IMG/VR virus record: IMGVR_UViG_3300011423_000010
Span: 1 to 54,610 of that record
Reading direction: 5' to 3' (one strand)
Length of the DNA: 54,610 bases
Origin: a virus
Taxonomy: Duplodnaviria > Caudoviricetes
Of the stretch, positions 1 through 8,679 are shown in pieces (positions within the stretch are counted from its first letter, which is position 1; every line of letters starts with the position of its first letter). Both the position numbers and the translations under genes were made by a program. Under the pieces are notes generated by a model. The model made no database searches and had not been told where the DNA came from. It saw nothing but the letters and a program-made list of their open reading frames with translations.

Positions 1-173
1 ATCCACCAATGATTAAGGTGCCAATATAACCATCCAGATATATGGACTCCATTTATATTAACACCTCCCTTTATTTTCTCCTCTTCCCACTTGATGAGTT
101 GTTTAAATTCATCTGTTCCTGGTGGAGGTAAATTCTTTATGTTCTTGAAGAACTCTGTTGATTTAATTTCCAT
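1..173 (-). CDS. terL: Terminase large subunit, N-terminal part (runs off window)
   Basis: Not in ORF track. Manual translation from ATG at 173: MEIKSTEFFKNIKNLPPPGTDEFKQLIKWEEEKIKGGVNINGVHISGWLYWHLNHWW, matching the crAss-like TerL N-terminal pattern (W..E...G...G..I.G..Y.YLN). Context next to HU/IHF and RepL-like genes fits. Confidence 0.75.
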   Translation of the reverse strand, partial: MEIKSTEFFKNIKNLPPPGTDEFKQLIKWEEEKIKGGVNINGVHISGWLYWHLNHWW

Positions 174-507
174 TATTGTTGTTTTCTTTTAGAAAACCCT
201 CTATCTGTTTTATAATATATCCAGTTAGATAAGCTTGAGGTTCATCATTCTTAAGGTCCAGTTCAATGTGGCATTGTGAAAATATCATATTGACAACATG
301 AACAACTTCATGAGAGATAATAGACCAATTTATATTACTGATTACTATAACATATTCATCTTCACCTTCCACATCAAAAGAGAATCCTTCATAAGGTCTA
401 TCTCCTACCTTTACATCATATAATCTTTCTATCTCCTTATAATCATCTGTAATGATTAAAGTGACTTTAGCATAGTATATAGGAATATTGAAGTCTAATT
501 TTTTCAT
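163..507 (-). CDS. Zincin-like metallopeptidase-fold protein (HEXXH)
   Basis: SHEVVH plus downstream DEPQAYL; likely start at MKKLDF (ATG 507). Confidence 0.6.
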   Translation of the reverse strand: MKKLDFNIPIYYAKVTLIITDDYKEIERLYDVKVGDRPYEGFSFDVEGEDEYVIVISNINWSIISHEVVHVVNMIFSQCHIELDLKNDEPQAYLTGYIIKQIEGFLKENNNNGN

Positions 508-511
508 GTAG

Positions 512-820
512 TTATTGCATTCTATGAGGAACAGTAGATGAACCTCTTGCTTCTTTTTTAACTTCATCTTTCTCTCTCAGTTTATCTACCACTTCTAGAA
601 GAGCAAGATAGTTTTTCATTGTTTCCTGTATAAACTTTCCTTGGGCCTCTATGCTTGCTATTACCATTGGTAGCAACCCTCCTTTCGCTGTGGGTTTCCA
701 TTCTATTCTATCTTTCAGTTCATGCATAGGATTATCATTAACATATTGCTTCCAGGAAGACAATTGTTTTTCTGCCCAATCAAGTTCTGTATTTATATAG
801 TTGTTCTTTCTTACTGTCAT
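512..820 (-). CDS. Hypothetical helical protein, possible terminase small subunit
   Basis: 102-aa ORF two genes upstream of terL, ending KKEARG; function inferred from position only. Confidence 0.4.
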   Translation of the reverse strand: MTVRKNNYINTELDWAEKQLSSWKQYVNDNPMHELKDRIEWKPTAKGGLLPMVIASIEAQGKFIQETMKNYLALLEVVDKLREKDEVKKEARGSSTVPHRMQ

Positions 821-1074
821 ATTAAATCGTTTAGACTTTCGTCTGTTAATTTTGTATCTTCTGGTGCAGGAAGTCTTTTAATCTTAGCGTTCTTAGCTAC
901 CCATTCAGGATTCATATATTCATCCCTTGTTTGTATGATTAATTTATCCTGACCTACCTCCTTATTATCAGAGAATAAATCAATATAGTCTACACCACTG
1001 TCATATAGCTCTATCAACAAGTTAATTAAGCTATCTAATTCTAACTTTTCAACTTTAAATCTCTTTTTCATCAT
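817..1074 (-). CDS. Hypothetical acidic protein
   Basis: 85-aa ORF overlapping both neighbours in the minus-strand operon. Confidence 0.6.
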   Translation of the reverse strand: MMKKRFKVEKLELDSLINLLIELYDSGVDYIDLFSDNKEVGQDKLIIQTRDEYMNPEWVAKNAKIKRLPAPEDTKLTDESLNDLI

Positions 1075-1357
1075 TTCTGTCTATTTCTTTTTCTTGTTCT
1101 GGAGTAACAACAGGTCCCCATTTATCTTGGGGGCAAGAGCAAGAAAGACATTTCGATTTAGGGATAAGGCTACATCCACAATCTGTGCAATGTTCATCTG
1201 TACGTATGGTGTGATAATTGACAGCATTAAGGGAATTAAAAGGACAAGCTCTACATATGGCCAACCTTTCATCAGATACTTGCTGAATAACATCCTTCAT
1301 ATACTCATCAGGGAGTAGGTGATTCTTCCACCCTTCATAAATTTGTCTTAGGCTCAT
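1055..1357 (-). CDS. Cys-rich Zn-finger protein
   Basis: RLAICRACP...CTDCGC...KSKCLSCSCPQDKW pattern. Confidence 0.7.
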   Translation of the reverse strand: MSLRQIYEGWKNHLLPDEYMKDVIQQVSDERLAICRACPFNSLNAVNYHTIRTDEHCTDCGCSLIPKSKCLSCSCPQDKWGPVVTPEQEKEIDRNDEKEI

Positions 1358-1704
1358 TTTAGTTTTGGTTTTAAATGTTCTATGTTCTTATTAGTTGTGT
1401 TAATACGAAGTAATGTATTCCTAATGAGTTCCTCAGGGGATAAAGGATCATTTAAGAGTATATTATAAGCTTTCAACTGGGCATTATATTTCTCCATTTG
1501 TTTGTGGGCTTTTGTTTGGCTGAACACAAACTTTCCAAATCCTGACAACTCAATACTGTTGTGATGAGTGGTAGCATTTAATGCTTCTGTGAACTGAAAA
1601 TTAATAACAGAGGTGAGGATCTTCTCAGGAATGTTCAACTTCAGACTCAACTGCTTGATCAAATGCTCTTTCAAAGGCATGCTTATTGGCTGCTTGTTTA
1701 TCAT
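1354..1704 (-). CDS. HU/IHF-family DNA-binding protein
   Basis: N-terminal helices LIKQLSLKLNIP and signature IELSGFGKF. Confidence 0.75.
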   Translation of the reverse strand: MINKQPISMPLKEHLIKQLSLKLNIPEKILTSVINFQFTEALNATTHHNSIELSGFGKFVFSQTKAHKQMEKYNAQLKAYNILLNDPLSPEELIRNTLLRINTTNKNIEHLKPKLK

Positions 1705-2053
1705 TGTTGTTCATCGTTAGCGTTATCTGTAAAATAAGAGGTTTGGAAAAGTCAAGTACAATCATTGGATTAACAATAATCTGTTTCCCCTTCTTAATAA
1801 ATATGTGAAGTTTTTTAAGCTTCGAGATTATATTATTAATAGTAGGAAAAGATGAATGATACTTAGAACAAAATTCCTCTCTTACTGTAGCATAGGAAAT
1901 ACTCCCCCTAATGGTTGAAAAAGCAATGAGCTGAATTTCTCTCTCAGTCAGGTGTAGATTGTTTATTGTGGAAAGAATGCTGTAATAGCACTGTGCCACA
2001 TGAAAATTGTCCTGGCTGATCTTTTCTAATTTTTGTATAGTCACTGTTTCCAT
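1625..2053 (-). CDS. Winged-HTH / RepL-like DNA-binding protein
   Basis: LTEREIQLI...TINNIISKLKKLHIFIK...IIVNP; start likely METVT at 2053, not the GTG at 2164. Confidence 0.6.
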   Translation of the reverse strand: METVTIQKLEKISQDNFHVAQCYYSILSTINNLHLTEREIQLIAFSTIRGSISYATVREEFCSKYHSSFPTINNIISKLKKLHIFIKKGKQIIVNPMIVLDFSKPLILQITLTMNNNDKQAANKHAFERAFDQAVESEVEHS

Positions 2054-2070
2054 AATGTAATTGATTATAA

Positions 2071-2078
2071 CAAAGGTA
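2071..2078 (-). promoter_or_regulatory. Bacteroidota-type -7 promoter element (TACCTTTG)
   Basis: Matches TAnnTTTG about 18 nt upstream of the first minus-strand gene. Confidence 0.5.
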
Positions 2079-2226
2079 TGAAAAATAATGAGTTTAATTA
2101 TTTTTTTTTTTTGAAAATTGTTTGTGGGAACGAGATGGGTGACTACCTCCAATTCCAACCCCACCCAGAAATTGGGGAGTGGGAATGCCCCCCGACAAAC
2201 AATTTATAACCTTAAATTTTATAACG

Positions 2227-2601
2227 ATGCAAACAGAATTGATTATTTGGAAAGATGCTGTTAATAATAATAACATGCAAGAATTGGGTAAAGCTTTTGA
2301 ACTATTTAAAGGCTGTAAAACATTATTTGTTACTAAGAACGTTGACAAGCGTGTTGTTGTAATGTTTAAAAATGATAAAGAACAAGTTAGCACTGTAGTT
2401 ACTACTGCAACTGTTAACAGGTTATTTAGAGAAGGTAAAATTACTAAAGCACAAATGATTACTTTACCAGTGCTACGTAGTAGAATTACTGGTGCTGAGG
2501 AAGATACTTTGTGGTTAAGTTTACCAGCTACTGGTTGGCAAGATATGGTTAAACCTGAAGAGATTAGTGCTGAGAAATTTGAAGACTTTGCTGTTTTATA
2601 A
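2227..2601 (+). CDS. First early-arm protein, hypothetical
   Basis: ATG 2227 with A/T-rich leader; 124 aa; hairpin over stop codon (2581-2614). Confidence 0.7.
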   Translation: MQTELIIWKDAVNNNNMQELGKAFELFKGCKTLFVTKNVDKRVVVMFKNDKEQVSTVVTTATVNRLFREGKITKAQMITLPVLRSRITGAEEDTLWLSLPATGWQDMVKPEEISAEKFEDFAVL

Positions 2602-2908
2602 CAGCATTGTCTTCATATATAAGAGGTGGGATAAATGGGTGGGGCATTCCCCAAAAACTTCATTCAAAGACTAAAGTTATACCTATATATATAGGTACAA
2701 TTATCTAAATAGGCATTTATTGCATTATTCTTAGTAAATAAGATGAATTATTGAGAATAATGTAATAAATTAAACTTTCTACGGCGAGCACATTAACTTA
2801 TTCGCAATAAAATGGGTAGGAGAAAAGTGTTGAGATACACATCACAACTAATATTTGTCTTATTAAAAGTACAATAAACAATGAAATCATTTAAAATTAT
2901 ATAGCATT

Positions 2909-3163
2909 ATGTCTAGACAATTACTATTAAAGATAAAACAGGAAACTATTGATAAAGAAATAGAATTAGAATTATCTAAAGGGAGAACAATATATAGATT
3001 ATCTGGTAAACCTTATGATATTGATACAATATGTAGGATGAATAAACAACATTTTACTCAAATTGATAATAATCTTGTATCTATAGATAATAATGATTTT
3101 GATGCTTTATCTAGTTGTATGAGAGTACAAAATGTGAAAATGTTTCCTCTTATTAAGGTTTAA
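2909..3163 (+). CDS. Hypothetical early protein
   Basis: ORF with typical ATTATG start. Confidence 0.55.
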   Translation: MSRQLLLKIKQETIDKEIELELSKGRTIYRLSGKPYDIDTICRMNKQHFTQIDNNLVSIDNNDFDALSSCMRVQNVKMFPLIKV

Positions 3164-3247
3164 AAAAAGAAATAGATAGTATGTATATTTTTCCTTTATA
3201 TACATACTATTTCTTAGTGAAATAAAGGAATAACAAACAATTATATT

Positions 3248-3466
3248 ATGGGGAAGACAATTGTAATACCATTGAAAACTATTCATTTAGACAATGTTAA
3301 TAAGATAAGTAGTTTTATTAATATTAGTACTAAGGCTATTGCTTCTTATACATTTAAGAGTAGTCAAGATTCTGTTTATTCTTTAATTATTAATCATAAT
3401 AATAATGTAACTCCTGAGGATTTTATATTTATTGGGAGGATCATTGCTTTAAATGATAAAATATGA
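3248..3466 (+). CDS. Hypothetical early protein
   Basis: ORF with ATTATG start, coupled to next ORF by ATGA. Confidence 0.55.
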   Translation: MGKTIVIPLKTIHLDNVNKISSFINISTKAIASYTFKSSQDSVYSLIINHNNNVTPEDFIFIGRIIALNDKI

Positions 3467-3627
3467 AGAAGTTTATAGTTATTGTACTTATTATCTGGAT
3501 AGGTGGTAGTATATCTAATTGGTTAGGATATCATGCTGGTGCATTATTAGGGTTAATTGGGTATATTGTTACTCTTTTAATGATATTTTTTGTAGGGTGT
3601 GATGATTCATTATCATCAAAGAATTAG
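3463..3627 (+). CDS. Small two-TM membrane protein (54 aa)
   Basis: Manual translation MKKFIVIVLIIWIGG...LLGLIGYIVTLLMIFFVG; below ORF-track cutoff. Confidence 0.5.
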   Translation: MKKFIVIVLIIWIGGSISNWLGYHAGALLGLIGYIVTLLMIFFVGCDDSLSSKN

Positions 3628-3922
3628 AATATATTATTTAGGTGTATATGAGGAATAGTTTAAGTTAGATTATTCCTTTATATACTTATGATAATAGTAT
3701 ATTCATTGGGTTACAAGGATTAAAAAACAAATAACAACAACAAACAAACAAATAAAATAATGGCTAGAAAACATATAAAATTAGGATATTTAGTATGGAG
3801 TACTAATGAGAAACAGATGTCTTGTATTAGAATATTGAATATTGTTCAAAAGTCTGAAAGATTATCTAGTAGAAGATTGAGTAGAAATGTAGTAAAAGTT
3901 GAACCTGAAACTGTATAGCATT

Positions 3923-4177
3923 ATGAAGGAATTAAATGAAATACAGGTAAAGAACTTCCTAAAATTTGCATTAGCATTAATGGATAAACAAAATCAATGG
4001 TTAATAGATGGTAATAATGAAGAGTCTGTTAAAGCAGCTAATAATACTGTTCATGGTATAATGTTATTGTTAAATGATATTATTGGTGTAGAAGAGTTTA
4101 TTAAAACTTATGCTAATACTCCTGATGAAAAGCATTTATTTGCTATTATGTTGGTCTCAAGTAATTTTGTAATTTAA
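3923..4177 (+). CDS. Hypothetical protein, early paralog family A copy 1
   Basis: NEIQ.KN...KQ..WL...A.NT...LLN...V..F...P.E shared with 4183-4425. Confidence 0.65.
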   Translation: MKELNEIQVKNFLKFALALMDKQNQWLIDGNNEESVKAANNTVHGIMLLLNDIIGVEEFIKTYANTPDEKHLFAIMLVSSNFVI

Positions 4178-4182
4178 ATATT

Positions 4183-4425
4183 ATGAATGAAATTCAGAGA
4201 AAGAATATGGTTTGGATGTTGAATAAAACCATTAAGAAACAATATGAATGGTTACATAAAGAGGAAATTACTTCTGCTTTATTAGCTCATAATACTATTG
4301 CTGATATATGTAAATTGTTGAATGGTGAAATAACTGTTGATGCATTTATGTTGTTACCTAAAGCAATACCAGAAGAGAATGAACTCTATGGTATATTATT
4401 ATTTAGTAATAAAGAAATATCATGA
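4183..4425 (+). CDS. Hypothetical protein, early paralog family A copy 2
   Basis: Aligns by eye with 3923-4177. Confidence 0.65.
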   Translation: MNEIQRKNMVWMLNKTIKKQYEWLHKEEITSALLAHNTIADICKLLNGEITVDAFMLLPKAIPEENELYGILLFSNKEIS

Positions 4426-4846
4426 GAGTATTTGTTAGAATATTTGCAATATTAATGATTGGACATATGATAATTGATTATTGTATTAAGTATAATAGTC
4501 GTATTTCATGGCTTATTGTTATGTCAATAATAATATGTCTTGTATTATTGGTTTTATATTTCTCAGAAGAGAATTAAAAATACTTCCTGCATATATAGAT
4601 GATTTTATCGGAAATTTAATTGGTCTATATTATGCAGGTTTGTTTGATTTTTGTGTTGTTTTTTAGGAGTAGTTTAGAGAGTAATTTAGCTGTTACTCTC
4701 TTGCTATTTCGTTTAATGACATAAACAAACAAAAGGATTAAATGGCTGGTCACTCATCGGGTTAGTTAACCATTATTTGTATTTATTGATTATTTATACA
4801 GAGTGGCCAGTACATTTATTATTGTTTTACCTCAAATTATTAAATT

Positions 4847-5026
4847 ATGCACGGAATTATACTTTTAAAGGATTTAAAAGCTCAATATGAGCGTAGTAGT
4901 GAAATACAAGAGACATTTGGCTCTTTCAATAAATATGCATTATATGTATGTGAAGGAGATTATACTGTCTTTGATGAAACATCAGGAGAAATACATGAGA
5001 TATTACATCCTGAAGATGCTGATTAG
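4847..5026 (+). CDS. Small acidic hypothetical protein (59 aa)
   Basis: Manual translation MHGIILLKDL...EILHPEDAD; better start context than the overlapping 4887-5093 ORF. Confidence 0.5.
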   Translation: MHGIILLKDLKAQYERSSEIQETFGSFNKYALYVCEGDYTVFDETSGEIHEILHPEDAD

Positions 5027-5028
5027 TT

Positions 5029-5256
5029 ATGAAGTATATTGTTATACCTATAGCCATCATAATATATTTATGGTGGTTATTTCTTTCTATTAAGGATTTA
5101 AGAAAACGTTGGAAAGAACATAAAGCTGAAGTAGTTTATCCAGAAAATCTTAAAGACTATACTGTTATACTTTTTATACTTCATGGAGGATATATAGCAC
5201 TTATTATTATATATACTATTATATGTTTTTGTGATAAATATTGGGATGGTTTTTAA
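5029..5256 (+). CDS. Small two-TM membrane protein
   Basis: Two hydrophobic segments. Confidence 0.55.
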   Translation: MKYIVIPIAIIIYLWWLFLSIKDLRKRWKEHKAEVVYPENLKDYTVILFILHGGYIALIIIYTIICFCDKYWDGF

Positions 5257-5644
5257 TTAATTGTTTAATTTAATTTATATTATTATGAATTCACTTGAAA
5301 GAATGCGAGATTTTATTGATTGGATGGAAAATAAAATACAAAATGTTCATGCAGCTCAAAAAGAGCCTATGCTTAGAGCATTATTAATTGTTGCTAAAGA
5401 ATAATAACTATGATAAATTCAAAAGGAATATTATTTGTACTATTATCAATAGTAAATAAGTATATGGCTCATATTTGGTAATTCGTGTACACTAAGTCCC
5501 AATGAGAGCCATGTTTAAAAAACTCAATAACCTTGCAAGATGTTGAGCACACCAGTTTCTTATAGTATGGTAATTCTACTAATACAACTAGCGAACTATA
5601 AGTTTTAGGTGTAAAACACAAATAATAATTTAAAATTAAACAAC

Positions 5645-5878
5645 ATGAAAAAAGTTTTGTTAAGCAGTAGAGTTGGAGTAAATGGGAGATATACATTTAT
5701 ATCTAGAATTAGTGAGGATTATGTAATGCCTCAGAATACAGCAGAGGTTGAATTTGTACAGGGTACAATTGACAACAAGATTGTTGAGGGTGTGGAAATT
5801 GATGATTTGGTAATTATATTACCACACACTGATGAGGTTCTTATCTATGAAAGTGGATATGATTTTGTAGAACTTTAA
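5645..5878 (+). CDS. Hypothetical acidic protein
   Basis: A-rich leader, 77 aa. Confidence 0.6.
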   Translation: MKKVLLSSRVGVNGRYTFISRISEDYVMPQNTAEVEFVQGTIDNKIVEGVEIDDLVIILPHTDEVLIYESGYDFVEL

Positions 5879-5888
5879 TATTAGAGCT

Positions 5889-6197
5889 ATGAAATTTACA
5901 TTTAATCACAGTGCAAAAACATTTGGTGAAGCAACAGGTATGACTCATGAAGATGATGTTATACTAGATAGTAAGATTAAACAAACAGTTGCTGAGGAAT
6001 TAGAAAGTGAATTAGGTCTTAGTCAAGTGCTTGAGAATATGATTAATAGATGTTCTCCTGAAGAGTTAGCAATAATGGCTCTTGAACATGTTAAATATTT
6101 AGCCAAAACTCAAGCGGTTATGCAAATGTTGAGAGTTAAGAGTGTGGCAAAACCTCAAAAAGATGTTGAACGAGATAATAAAAAATCACACGAATAG
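5889..6197 (+). CDS. Hypothetical protein
   Basis: 102-aa ORF in operon. Confidence 0.6.
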   Translation: MKFTFNHSAKTFGEATGMTHEDDVILDSKIKQTVAEELESELGLSQVLENMINRCSPEELAIMALEHVKYLAKTQAVMQMLRVKSVAKPQKDVERDNKKSHE

Positions 6198-6199
6198 TT

Positions 6200-6625
6200 A
6201 TGCCTAAAGTAAAAATTAGATTAGATATATTGCATGAATTAATTCATAATTCAGTAAATCCAATAGTTGCATTTGATTTAATAGATAATAAATATATTGC
6301 TCCTGAGATTCCTCATAAAGCTATTAATTCTCAGAATGAAATAATGACTTTTACTTCATTTGATAGGTGGAGAGATAAAGTATATTATTTTATTCCCAAG
6401 TATAGATGGTATAAAGAAGATAATAGTGATTGGAATTCTGTTGAAACTGAGATATATAAAGTCAAAGTGGAATATGGAGTTAATAGATTTTCTATGTCAT
6501 TATTTGAATGGGAATTATGTTCTAAAGAATATGAAAAACAGATGACTGTTATTTCAGAAGGAGATTTACAAATTATCAATACGTCAGGAATTTCTGATCA
6601 AGAGATGAATCCATCTACAGATTAG
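6200..6625 (+). CDS. Hypothetical protein
   Basis: 141-aa ORF in operon. Confidence 0.6.
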   Translation: MPKVKIRLDILHELIHNSVNPIVAFDLIDNKYIAPEIPHKAINSQNEIMTFTSFDRWRDKVYYFIPKYRWYKEDNSDWNSVETEIYKVKVEYGVNRFSMSLFEWELCSKEYEKQMTVISEGDLQIINTSGISDQEMNPSTD

Positions 6626-6701
6626 TTCTAATACCTAAGCATGTGTTTAAACTGCTTACTATTAAAAAACAATTAAAAAACACAAACAAAAAATTATTAA
6701 A

Positions 6702-6977
6702 ATGAATCACCTACATTCAATTATTAAAGAAGAAGTTAGCAAGTTATTTAAAGCCATTTTAGAGGGCATGGATGGTCCAGATGATGATTGTATCCTTGTA
6801 GGGTATATTACTCGTTGTATGGACCTTATTACGCTCTATGAGGGTGGATTTACTGTTGATGGGTTCTTAGATAATGTATTAATCCCCGAAGAGAGAGAAT
6901 ATTATTCTAACATTTTAAAAGACGAAGAGTATGAATATACTGAACTTGAATACGAGAGTAGTTCTAATGGGTATTAG
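6702..6977 (+). CDS. Acidic hypothetical protein, possible distant family A member
   Basis: L..G..TVD.F....PEE.E.Y.IL resembles 4183-4425. Confidence 0.55.
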   Translation: MNHLHSIIKEEVSKLFKAILEGMDGPDDDCILVGYITRCMDLITLYEGGFTVDGFLDNVLIPEEREYYSNILKDEEYEYTELEYESSSNGY

Positions 6978-6989
6978 GAGTAATTTATC

Positions 6990-7235
6990 ATGAGAAATAT
7001 ATATAGAGTGGTATACTGTCTAAATTCTGACAGTATACCTTTATCATATCCTCATGAACGTTATTATGGTAGTATGAGAGCAGCTGAAGATGCTGTTAAA
7101 ATATTTGTAGATCTTCATCATTCACTACCTAATAAATTATTGGCTGAACGTGGTATTGCTATTGATATAACATCAGGAGAGCTCTTAATTAAAATAGAAC
7201 CTCTTAGATTTAATTCAAAAATCTATAGTCTATGA
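6990..7235 (+). CDS. Hypothetical protein
   Basis: 81-aa ORF. Confidence 0.5.
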   Translation: MRNIYRVVYCLNSDSIPLSYPHERYYGSMRAAEDAVKIFVDLHHSLPNKLLAERGIAIDITSGELLIKIEPLRFNSKIYSL

Positions 7236-7374
7236 ATATCTTCTTTAGACTATTACTCCTTATATCACTCATAGTATTTTTGAGTGGTATAATGGTTGAT
7301 GGTAATCATATTTATGGTGGGATAGGAATAATACTTTCCGTAATTTTGTCATATGTTTATAACAACTTTAAAAA

Positions 7375-7611
7375 TTGGAAATTATGGTAATTGAATCGTT
7401 AGTATGCATAGCTATAGCTGTATTGATATTCTTATGGGCTTATCATAAAATATTAAGTAATAAAGCAGGTTATGATAGATTTCATGACTATTTAGAAGCT
7501 AATCCTAAATGGAAATGGTTGATGATTGTGGATAGTCTATTAGCAGCAGTAGTATTTATTGGTACTATAATAGCTATTATATTTCTTATACAAAAAGTAA
7601 TAAGTTATTAA
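7375..7611 (+). CDS. Two-TM membrane protein
   Basis: Two hydrophobic helices; start possibly at ATG 7384. Confidence 0.55.
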   Translation: MEIMVIESLVCIAIAVLIFLWAYHKILSNKAGYDRFHDYLEANPKWKWLMIVDSLLAAVVFIGTIIAIIFLIQKVISY

Positions 7612-7614
7612 GCT

Positions 7615-7821
7615 ATGGTAATAGAAGCTAAAACAGGCATAGAGATAATCTATAAGAATATTGCAACTATCTCTCATATGGCTCTTAATGAAGAGCTTAG
7701 AGAGTATTTAGAGAAGAATCATTTGAAACAATCTAAGTATTATTTTGTGGATGATGGTTTACACTTCAATCTATATTTGGATAAGAAGGTACGAGTAAGA
7801 GTTAAACTTAATTCATTGTAA
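7615..7821 (+). CDS. Hypothetical protein
   Basis: 68-aa ORF. Confidence 0.5.
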   Translation: MVIEAKTGIEIIYKNIATISHMALNEELREYLEKNHLKQSKYYFVDDGLHFNLYLDKKVRVRVKLNSL

Positions 7822-7823
7822 TT

Positions 7824-8084
7824 ATGGCATATGTATTGGAAACAGATGTTTTTGTAAAGGAAACTAAACTAGTTGATGTCTCAGTTGAAGAATATATTAG
7901 TATTAAAATTAAGAGGTTGAGAAAATCTAAAAATTATTCTCAAGGAGATTTAGCTAATAAGTTAAAGATAAATAGAAGTTCAATTTCTAATATAGAAAAG
8001 GGAAAACAAAATTTAACACTTCAAAATTTAGAAGCTATTTGCAAGATTTTTGAGTGTAAATCTTCTGATATATTACCTTTTTAA
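7824..8084 (+). CDS. XRE/Cro-C1 family HTH transcriptional regulator
   Basis: IKRLRKSKNYSQGDLANKLKINRSSISNIEKGKQNLTLQNL. Confidence 0.9.
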   Translation: MAYVLETDVFVKETKLVDVSVEEYISIKIKRLRKSKNYSQGDLANKLKINRSSISNIEKGKQNLTLQNLEAICKIFECKSSDILPF

Positions 8085-8103
8085 ACTTAATTCATTGTAA
8101 ACT

Positions 8104-8130
8104 AAGAGAGTGTTAATAGCACTCTCTTTT
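8104..8130 (+). terminator. Intrinsic terminator
   Basis: AAGAGAGTGT-taata-GCACTCTCTT then TT. Confidence 0.65.
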
Positions 8131-8291
8131 AATTTTAAAGTGTATGGAACGTAGTATTATTTTTATATTGGGAATGATAGTAGGAGGTATAATTACTATA
8201 TCTGTTATGTTTAGTGGTAAAATTAAATCATCTGAACTTATAGTTCCAGAGATTGAATTAACAGTTCATAATAATGTAATAGATACATTAT

Positions 8292-8537
8292 ATGTTTATA
8301 AAGCCAAGTAATATGGTACTTAAAAAAACAAAGTGTTGGGTAACTCTTGAGGATTTGCTTCCAGGGAGTTTATTTTTATATAAAGGTACATTGGGTCTTA
8401 AAACAGAATATCGTACATCTGAAGGAGCTATTGAAGCTTTTATAGTGGGTAGTGGGGAAATGTTTTGGGGTGGAATTGATACTCCAGAACAACAACTTAG
8501 GTTGAGAGTAAGAAAAGTTAAACTAATAATTGAATAG
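8292..8537 (+). CDS. Hypothetical protein
   Basis: ORF; likely start at MVLKK. Confidence 0.55.
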   Translation: MFIKPSNMVLKKTKCWVTLEDLLPGSLFLYKGTLGLKTEYRTSEGAIEAFIVGSGEMFWGGIDTPEQQLRLRVRKVKLIIE

Positions 8538-8679
8538 TAATGGGAAGATCAAAAATTTCAAAGAATGGTATGCCACCTTATGAGAGAGATAAGAGTGGAA
8601 AGAATAGTTATTCAAGTGATAATCATGTATCATTTGTGCCTTTTAAAAGTAAATCAAAAAAATCTAGAAAAAAATAGTT

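Larger units (their letters stand above)
2054..2830. other. Strand-switch region rich in palindromes (candidate origin/terminus/control region)
   Basis: Divergent gene orientation, T12 run at 2101-2112, GC-rich inverted elements 2181-2191/2641-2651, 18-bp palindrome 2680-2697, long hairpin 2715-2770. Confidence 0.45.

Noticed and set aside
2094-2393. Minus-strand 99-aa ORF and GTG-extended starts at 2164/2179
   Set aside because: Shadow of ORF 2227-2601; the extensions run through the poly-T/GC-rich control region
4887-5093. 68-aa ORF from the track
   Set aside because: Overlaps two better ORFs (4847-5026, 5029-5256) with atypical composition
6620-6672. PreQ1-I riboswitch
   Set aside because: TTAG-TTCTAATAC-CTAA looks similar, but the A-rich tail does not follow P1 directly and no queuosine genes are adjacent
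7824-8084. Lysogeny repressor implying a prophage
   Set aside because: No peptidase S24 domain, integrase, att site or host flanking genes in the window
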